Positions 57,462 to 64,000 of a DNA stretch of 64,000 bases are shown one piece after another. Positions within the stretch are counted from its first letter, which is position 1, and the number at the start of each line of letters is the position of its first letter. Source of the stretch: Deltaproteobacteria bacterium (GTDB taxonomy: Bacteria > Desulfobacterota_D > UBA1144 > Nemesobacterales > CSP1-2); assembly GCA_052390235.1 (NCBI GenBank), contig JBQTHB010000006.1:64001-128000 (forward strand), in the 5' to 3' direction. A model generated the notes under the pieces. It worked only from the letters and a program-made list of their open reading frames with translations, was not told where the DNA came from and searched no databases. The translations under genes and the position numbers were made by a program.

Positions 57462-58250
57462 TTATCCGAGCAGGAAATCAAGCACGGCTCGGTCAACTTC
57501 CTCCTGACGCTCCCGCCAGAAGCCGTGTCCCGCGCCCTCAAACACCTTTAGCGTTGAACCTGGTATCAGCTTGGCAAGCTCAAGCGAGCGCGCCGGAGAT
57601 GCGATAATGTCGCGGTCTGCGAGCATTACGAGGGTTTTTGCTTTAATCCCTCCCACCAAGTGGCAGATGTTGTGCCCCTCGCAGGCGTGGGACTGCCTCA
57701 GATACCCATGCGCCGCCGACGGGTCTTCGGAAATCATCGCCATTGTCTGCTGAATTGTGCTGAGGTTCTTCTCGATGTACTCCCTTGAATAGCCGAGGAA
57801 TAGCGCCACCATCCACATTGCCCTAGAGCCTGCTTTCGAGGCAATTTCCCGTCCCTGCCGCAGGATTTCGTTGCCGACCTCATCCCTTGAGGCGGACGTG
57901 CAGGCAAGCACGAGTTTACGCACCTTTTCAGGATATTTCACCGCGAGCCACTGAGCTATCATCCCGCCCATGGATTTGCCCAGCACATGAGCGCGGTCTA
58001 TGCCAAGGGCGTCCATCAGCGCCGCCGCATCGTCAGCCATGAGTTCCGTTGTGTAGGGAACGTCGGGCTTATCAGACCTTCCCATGCCGCGGTTGTCGAA
58101 GGCTAATACTCGGAAATACTCCGAATAAATCGGCATCTGCGCCGCCCAGCTCGATAGCTGACTTCCCAGCCCCCCGATGAGGACTGCCGGCTCGCCGCTC
58201 CCATGAGCCTCGTAATAGATATTGATTCCGTTGGCTTTAGCGTATGGCAT
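57462..58250 (-). CDS. Alpha/beta hydrolase (PcaD-like)
   Basis: FDNRGMGRS, nucleophile elbow GKSMG, D.I, GAGH. Confidence 0.88.
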   Translation of the reverse strand: MPYAKANGINIYYEAHGSGEPAVLIGGLGSQLSSWAAQMPIYSEYFRVLAFDNRGMGRSDKPDVPYTTELMADDAAALMDALGIDRAHVLGKSMGGMIAQWLAVKYPEKVRKLVLACTSASRDEVGNEILRQGREIASKAGSRAMWMVALFLGYSREYIEKNLSTIQQTMAMISEDPSAAHGYLRQSHACEGHNICHLVGGIKAKTLVMLADRDIIASPARSLELAKLIPGSTLKVFEGAGHGFWRERQEEVDRAVLDFLLG

Positions 58251-58304
58251 ATTGGTTTAAATGCGGTAATGACAGCGCCCCTCTATCTCGCGCCGCGTCG
58301 TGAA

Positions 58305-58754
58305 TTACCCCTCCTCGCTTGAATTAGGCCGAAGCCCCAAATCCTGCCTGATGGTCTCGATATAGCCCTCCAGGATAAACGCCGCCGCGATTTTATCAAT
58401 TACTTTTTTGCGCTTCTTCCGGCTCAAATCGGCTTCCAGGAGCAGGGATTCGGCTCTTTTCGTGGTAAAGCTCTCGTCCCACGGCAGAACGGGAATTCCA
58501 AAGGCGCCCTTTATCTTATCCGAGAATTTGATTATCTCCTCGCCGCGCGCGCCAACGGAGCCGTCGTGCCTGTAGGGAATGCCGACTATGATTCGAGCCG
58601 GTTTATATTCGCCTATGAGTTTCCTCAGCGCTTCAATGTCCCGCTTGAGGTCGAGCCTTTTTATAGTTGTAACCCCGTGGGCGGCGATGAGAAGCTCGTC
58701 GCTTACGGCAACTCCAATGGTCTTTGTGCCCACGTCGAGGGCTAGGATTCGCAT
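58305..58754 (-). CDS. ruvX: YqgF/RuvX family nuclease
   Basis: ILALDVGTKTIGVAVSD, WDESFTT and IDKIAA.FIL motifs. Confidence 0.93.
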   Translation of the reverse strand: MRILALDVGTKTIGVAVSDELLIAAHGVTTIKRLDLKRDIEALRKLIGEYKPARIIVGIPYRHDGSVGARGEEIIKFSDKIKGAFGIPVLPWDESFTTKRAESLLLEADLSRKKRKKVIDKIAAAFILEGYIETIRQDLGLRPNSSEEG

Positions 58755-58831
58755 TGATTTATAAGCTCAATTGTGTTGCTGGGACTAGGGCTTGCCGCCA
58801 TTGCCGAGCGGGACTGCCTTATCCCCACAGT

Positions 58832-60520
58832 TCACCACGAGCCGCCGCCGCCGCCGCCAAACCCGCCGCCGCTTCTGCCGCCGCTAGACCCGCTTCCGCC
58901 GCTTCGAGACTTGCTCGGCGAAGAGGACAGAGTCCTATTTATCGCGCCGAGGCTTCTGCCTATATCCGAGGCAAACGCGCTTGAGGAGAAGGAATTCCCA
59001 TAGCGGCTGGATGAGAACCACGACGGAGGGGTTTTGTATATATCGGCAAACGCCCCCGCCCATTTTTCCTCTAATTCAAACACGAGAGCAAACGGAAGAA
59101 CGCGGCCAAAGAGGGTTGGGTCGTCTTTGGCGAGCCGCTCGATGCGGTCGTGTTCAGCGCGCTCGATGAACTCTCTGAAGCCGAGGAGCTGGGCTTTGAG
59201 GAGAGAGCCTTTTTTTGTTTTCTTCGGCATGAACCTGGAGAATATCGAAATTATTCCGCCTGAGACGCAAATGGCGATTTTAATCGGTATATCAAACGGG
59301 ATGAGAAACCCCAATACGGCAACTACAGCGCCTATCCCGATGAAAAGGCCCCTGATTTTATCGGGATTCACGGGGAAATAGCCGCCCCTTATCATCTCCC
59401 CATAGAGCATCTGCTCTATCCCCGGAAGGCGCGTGTAGAACTTATTCTTGAGTTCTGAAATCATGATTTGGTTCTTTGCGCTGAATAAACCGGAGAGAAT
59501 TTCCCGCTCATGCGCCTTGAGTCCCCCTGCGTCGGATTTGTGCCTCGTGAGGCGATAATCCGTATTAGAGAAGAAATATAGAACCCTCTCGCTCTGAATC
59601 TCCTCAATTGTTAAATACCCCCTCACGGCAAGGTCAATTATCGTAGAGGTGATGTCCAGAATATTCGCGGTTTCATCCAGTAGCGTTCCAGCTTCGGCGG
59701 GGGTAATCCCCTGTGGAGGCTCGTATTGTACCGGAATAACCCCTCCACTAGACTCAGGGTCTCGCCCCATCCCGAGCCACAGGAGACACAGAGCGGCGAG
59801 AGTGAGCGCGGGAAGCCCGAAGTGCCAGTTGTCGGCAATAAACCACACCGCTTTTTGAATCCCCGACGGCTCGGCGAGAACCCCCTTCGGAAGCAGGACG
59901 ACTATCGTGAGCCCCTCGTTCGGGAGAAACTGTCTATCGGCGACAAACTCTATGACGTTCGGTGTAATGTTGTAGGAGCAATTCTCATCCGCCGACCCCT
60001 CGTATCCGGTGTAGCACTTAGCCTTGATTTGGGATGACGGCATCCCGCCCTCCAAATATACCTTCGCGCTCACTCGCCCCATCGGCACCTGCCATCCGTT
60101 TCCAGTAACGTTCCAGTAAAGCTCGTCGTGGTCTTTGAAAAAAACTATCGCCCGCTCGACTTTATAGTCAATTTTATAGCCGTGAGCGCCGGTTATCTGA
60201 ATGTCGGCATCCCCGATTTTAATGAACACTTCCGCGCCTTGCCGGCTGACCTCGTATTTATAGGGCGCTGCCTCGAAATCCGAGACCACGCTGACCCTCA
60301 TCCTCAGATGGTAGTTCTCGTAGCCGATTTTATATTTGTAGGGGATGGTTCTGAATATTCCGTGCTTGAGTTCTCGCCCGAAATCGTAGGCGATTTTCTC
60401 CTCGACGGCGATTGACGAGTCCCTGCCGATAAAAATCTCGGCGGCGAAATCGCGTATCTCTTCGGCTGATGCGGCGGCGGCGGTCAATAGGACGGTTATC
60501 AGTGCGAGAATTATTCTCAT
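58832..60520 (-). CDS. DUF2207 domain membrane protein
   Basis: HGIFR.IP, DELYWNVTG..W, IIDLAVRG and LPFAL.F motifs; Gly/Ser tail ending GGGGGGSW. Confidence 0.9.
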   Translation of the reverse strand: MRIILALITVLLTAAAASAEEIRDFAAEIFIGRDSSIAVEEKIAYDFGRELKHGIFRTIPYKYKIGYENYHLRMRVSVVSDFEAAPYKYEVSRQGAEVFIKIGDADIQITGAHGYKIDYKVERAIVFFKDHDELYWNVTGNGWQVPMGRVSAKVYLEGGMPSSQIKAKCYTGYEGSADENCSYNITPNVIEFVADRQFLPNEGLTIVVLLPKGVLAEPSGIQKAVWFIADNWHFGLPALTLAALCLLWLGMGRDPESSGGVIPVQYEPPQGITPAEAGTLLDETANILDITSTIIDLAVRGYLTIEEIQSERVLYFFSNTDYRLTRHKSDAGGLKAHEREILSGLFSAKNQIMISELKNKFYTRLPGIEQMLYGEMIRGGYFPVNPDKIRGLFIGIGAVVAVLGFLIPFDIPIKIAICVSGGIISIFSRFMPKKTKKGSLLKAQLLGFREFIERAEHDRIERLAKDDPTLFGRVLPFALVFELEEKWAGAFADIYKTPPSWFSSSRYGNSFSSSAFASDIGRSLGAINRTLSSSPSKSRSGGSGSSGGRSGGGFGGGGGGSW

Positions 60521-60536
60521 GACGGACTTCGATGCC

Positions 60537-61091
60537 TTAATTGAATATAACCTTCGGGGGGCGGCGCTCCTCGTCGGATTCAAGCTCGAAATACTCCCTT
60601 TTTTGAAATGCGAACATATTCGCTACTATGTTGCTCGGCACGGACTCGATTTTCGTGTTTAAATCCCTCACCACGGCGTTGTAGTAGCGGCGCGAGAGTT
60701 GAACCTGATCCTCGATTGCCGAAAGTTCGCTCTGGAGTTGCTTAAAATTCTCATTTGCCTTGAGGTCGGGGTAAGCCTCGGCTAGGGCAAACAGGCTCTT
60801 TAAAGTCGACTGAAGCATCCCCTCGGCTAGGGCTTTATTGGCAGGCGATGTTGCCCCGATGGCGGCGTTTCGGGCTTGCACCACCTTCTCAAATGTGCTT
60901 TGCTCGTGCGAGGCATAGCCCTTTACGGTCTCAACTAGGTTCGGCACGAGGTCGTATCTGCGCTTGAGCTGAATGTCAATGTCCGACCAAGCCTGCTCGG
61001 CGATGTTCTTGAGTTTTACAAGAGAATTATATATGCCTACCAGAAGCATCGCCGCCGCCGCGACAATTGCCAGAAATATCAAAAAGGACAT
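60537..61091 (-). CDS. lemA: LemA family protein
   Basis: YNSLV, QLKRRYDLVPNLV.TVKGY, AEAYPDLKAN and RRYYN motifs. Confidence 0.93.
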   Translation of the reverse strand: MSFLIFLAIVAAAAMLLVGIYNSLVKLKNIAEQAWSDIDIQLKRRYDLVPNLVETVKGYASHEQSTFEKVVQARNAAIGATSPANKALAEGMLQSTLKSLFALAEAYPDLKANENFKQLQSELSAIEDQVQLSRRYYNAVVRDLNTKIESVPSNIVANMFAFQKREYFELESDEERRPPKVIFN

Positions 61092-61202
61092 CGCTACGCC
61101 CCCTTTTCCGCGGGATTTGTTCCTAATTATCGTTTAGAGCAGACAGTAAGTCAACGAGAGCAAGAGCCTTCGGGCAAATTAGATTCAACGCGCCCGCGCA
61201 AT

Positions 61203-62423
61203 CTATCCCAAGAGATGAAACGCCAGCCCTGAGAGGAGTTTCGGATAAAAATAGGTGGTTTTATGCGGCATCTTCTCGCCTTCCATTGAGACCTGAAGTA
61301 CCTCTAGGGGGGATATGGCGGGAAGGGCAAAGCCCATTTTATACGCGCCGCCCTCGACAAGCAAAAGAAGCTCGGGAAGGGATTTGGTGTATAAAATCCG
61401 GGACTGCTCCTCATCTAAAATCTCGCCGAACACGCGCGAGTGAAGCGTGATGACGGCAAGGCTCTTCTCGTCGTAAGAGGCATATTTAGGAGAGATTTTA
61501 AGCGTTTTACCTGCCGGAAGCACGGCGGCGAACTCATCCGAGGCGAGACGCAGAATTTCATCCGCCGAGACCTCGGAGATATTGAAACCCTCGGCGAGCT
61601 TTTGGATAACCCCCTCGGCGTCGAGAGAGCCTAGGGTTTTTACGGCCCTGTGCGTGGGCTTTATGATGAGTCCCTCGCCCTCGGCGCGGGAGAGGTAAAT
61701 CATGACGAATTCATAGGGTTCGTCGCCTGCGGCGGCTCCGTTTTTGCGGCGCTGGATGTTTCTGTAGTTAATTGCGGTTTCGTAGCGGTGGTGTCCGTCG
61801 GCTATGAGAAGCGTCTTTCCCGACATCGCGGCTTGTACGCGGGAAATTAAATCCGCATCCGAGATGCGCCACATTTTATTTCTGATGCCGTCTGCGCCGT
61901 GGGCAACGACATCGGGCTTTGCGCGCGCGATTTCTCTATCAATCTCGGATTCGATTCCGCCCTCCGGGTCTGAATAAACCGCAAACACGGGACTTAGATT
62001 TGCCCCGCAGGCTTCGGCGAGTTTCAGGCGGTCTTCTTTGTGCTTGGGAAATGTTCTCTCGTGGGGGAGGATTTGCCGCGCGTCGAAATCCTCGATTTTT
62101 ACTGCCGCCAAAAATCCCCTGCGGACAAATACCCTGCCGCCTTCCTCGAACTCCTGATAATAGGCGTAAATTGACGGCTCGCCGTCTTGGATGAGGATGC
62201 CCGCATCGAGCCACTGCCGGAAAATACGGCTCGCTTCGGCGTATTTGGCGTCCCCTTCAGCGCTATTGTACTCGAGACGGACGACGTTGTGAGGGTGCCT
62301 CGCGTACAGGGCGCTCTGCTCCTCGGGGCTTATCACGTCGTAGGGAGGGGATACTACAGAGGCAAAATCCTCAATTGTAGAGGGATTGTAGCGAACGCCG
62401 GAGAAACCGCGCACCAGTACCAT
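61203..62423 (-). CDS. DUF1015 domain protein
   Basis: SPPYDVI, PHERT, IADGHHRYETA and MP.KTTYFYPKL motifs. Confidence 0.9.
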   Translation of the reverse strand: MVLVRGFSGVRYNPSTIEDFASVVSPPYDVISPEEQSALYARHPHNVVRLEYNSAEGDAKYAEASRIFRQWLDAGILIQDGEPSIYAYYQEFEEGGRVFVRRGFLAAVKIEDFDARQILPHERTFPKHKEDRLKLAEACGANLSPVFAVYSDPEGGIESEIDREIARAKPDVVAHGADGIRNKMWRISDADLISRVQAAMSGKTLLIADGHHRYETAINYRNIQRRKNGAAAGDEPYEFVMIYLSRAEGEGLIIKPTHRAVKTLGSLDAEGVIQKLAEGFNISEVSADEILRLASDEFAAVLPAGKTLKISPKYASYDEKSLAVITLHSRVFGEILDEEQSRILYTKSLPELLLLVEGGAYKMGFALPAISPLEVLQVSMEGEKMPHKTTYFYPKLLSGLAFHLLG

Positions 62424-63038
62424 TTATAGAAACTCCTTTAGCTGTTCAACCGCAATGTCGCCTTCTCTCGCCACGCGGGGGGGATTTACGGTAAGGTCTA
62501 GTATTGTAGAACCTCTCGACGGGGGAATGTTACCCGAATCAACCGCGAGTTCAACCCTGCCGTGGAACGCCGAGAGGATTTCTGCGAACCGCGTCAGATT
62601 TTCGCCGCCGCTCGGATTCGCGCTCGTTGAGGTGAGAGGTTCGTCCAGAACATCAAACAAACGCCGCACAAAGGGATGAGCCGATATTCTGAGGGCTAAA
62701 TTGCCGCTTCCCGCTGAAATAAGCTCAGGCAGCGGGCGGCGCTGCTTCAAAATTAGGGTGAGCGCCCCTGGGAGGAATTTCCTTATGAGGGCAGATGCGC
62801 GCTCGTCAACCTCGGCGCACTCGGCGAGCATCGCTTCGTCTCGCACCAAAATGGGAATGGGTTTGCCGCGGGGCCTGCCCTTATACTCGAATAGCTTGAG
62901 GACTGCCTCGGCGTCCGCGGCAACCGCGCCAAGCCCGTATAGGGTCTCAGTCGGATAGATTATTACGCCTCCGCGCCTGAGGGCGGCGAGGGCTTTCGAG
63001 GGGGATTCCGGGGCTTGGGCTTTGCAAATCTCAGTCAA
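62424..63038 (-). CDS. tsaC: L-threonylcarbamoyladenylate synthase (Sua5/YrdC)
   Basis: YPTETLYGLG, KGRP, PGALTLIL, TSTSAN.SG and STILD motifs. Confidence 0.9.
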   Translation of the reverse strand: MTEICKAQAPESPSKALAALRRGGVIIYPTETLYGLGAVAADAEAVLKLFEYKGRPRGKPIPILVRDEAMLAECAEVDERASALIRKFLPGALTLILKQRRPLPELISAGSGNLALRISAHPFVRRLFDVLDEPLTSTSANPSGGENLTRFAEILSAFHGRVELAVDSGNIPPSRGSTILDLTVNPPRVAREGDIAVEQLKEFL

Positions 63039-63140
63039 GGGAGCGTCAATCGAAAGGGCAGAGCGCGAGAGCCTCAGCCTCGCCTAGAGTCTCTGGGCTG
63101 ACCCCTCTTAATCTCCTGCCAATCCGTCCGTGCAAGGGTT

Positions 63141-63629
63141 TTATCTATCTACTTTCTTTGCGGCGGCTTCGACTTTCTCCGCGAGTTTTCTGCGAAAATC
63201 CTTCACCCTTTCGCGGATGTCCGGGTACTGCAGCCCAAGAATCGAAGCGGCATAAATTGCGGCGTTTCTAGCCCCGCCCTTGCCTATAGCCATCGTTGCC
63301 ACGGGGATTCCGGGCGGCATCTGCACAATGGACAGAAGCGAGTCCATCCCCTTGAGAGGAGAGGAGTCCACCGGGACGCCGATAACCGGAAGCGTGGTAT
63401 AAGCCGCCACGACTCCCGGAAGGTGCGCCGCCCAGCCCGCTCCGGCAATGAGGATTTCAATCCCCCTGCCCTCAGCCGCCTCAACGTATTCTTTGACCTT
63501 GTGCGGTGTGCGGTGCGCCGATGCCACACGCAGTTCATAGCCAATTTCAAGCTCCTCAAGAGCCTTGCAAGCCTCGTTCATTACCTCTAAATCCGAATCG
63601 CTGCCGAGAATTATTCCAACTTTTGCCAT
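63141..63629 (-). CDS. purE: N5-CAIR mutase
   Basis: GSDSD, SAHRTP, AAHLPG and SIVQMP.GIPVAT motifs. Confidence 0.95.
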   Translation of the reverse strand: MAKVGIILGSDSDLEVMNEACKALEELEIGYELRVASAHRTPHKVKEYVEAAEGRGIEILIAGAGWAAHLPGVVAAYTTLPVIGVPVDSSPLKGMDSLLSIVQMPPGIPVATMAIGKGGARNAAIYAASILGLQYPDIRERVKDFRRKLAEKVEAAAKKVDR

Positions 63630-63788
63630 GAGGTGAAATTATCCGAATTTCGGGCGGAATTTCAAGAGGGGCAGGCAGAGGTTTTTTTTAGCCGTAAAAA
63701 CCACTGGGCAATAGAACCATTGAGCGCGGCGGCGCATCGCACAGAATGCCTGTCATGCCGGGCGCATCCGTGATAGAATTACCACGTC

Positions 63789-64000
63789 ATGGCGCATGAG
63801 GCAGACGAAGCGAAAATCCACGGAAGCGGCGGCATTTTAGATAAATTTCGAGACTATCTGGGTGAATTCGTCTATGGCGGGATTGACGGAAGCGTAACCA
63901 CGTTCGCCGTTGTCGCAGGCTCTACCGGGGCAAGTTTGGATTCATCCGTCATCATCATACTCGGATTTGCGAACCTCCTTGCCGACGGGTTCGCCATGTC
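63789..64000 (+). CDS. VIT1/CCC1 family transporter, 5' part; runs off the window edge
   Basis: Not in the ORF track. ATG 63789 gives ...[22 protein letters not shown]...[16 protein letters not shown]. Confidence 0.88.
   Translation, partial: MAHEADEAKIHGSGGILDKFRDYLGEFVYGGIDGSVTTFAVVAGSTGASLDSSVIIILGFANLLADGFAM

Overview
Bacterial chromosomal window with moderate-to-high GC. Gene content and protein style suggest a Desulfobacterota/Candidatus Dadabacteria-like organism, which is an unverified inference. Most of it is housekeeping and envelope genes: a GldAFG-like ABC system with a DUF4340 gene, cspA, moeB, gyrA, pcm, meaB, a sigma-70 factor, galT, hisC, a JAB-DinG helicase, rnr, rarA, ihfB, a TerC gene, a TonB gene, purM, purE, ruvX, lemA with DUF2207, and tsaC. 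There are three tRNAs (Leu-CAA, Leu-CAG, Ser-CGA) and a type II secretion operon gspCDEFGHIJK that ends in a RavA-like AAA+ ATPase where gspLMN usually lie. Two restriction-modification cassettes are decayed: a DpnII-like REase with two frameshifts plus a beta-class MTase at the left edge, and an AT-rich islet after tRNA-Ser in which an XRE/controller gene, an ApaLI/XbaI-family REase and an MTase each carry a +1 frameshift. Other notable points are strong GATC depletion, a gspJ with no canonical start codon, a KDPG-aldolase homologue lacking its catalytic residues, a surface-anchored S8/S53-like protease, and two clusters of GTCA/TGAC-type palindromic repeats. I saw no CRISPR array, integrase, transposase or rRNA. 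All calls come from reading the sequence and the ORF track by eye, with no database searches.
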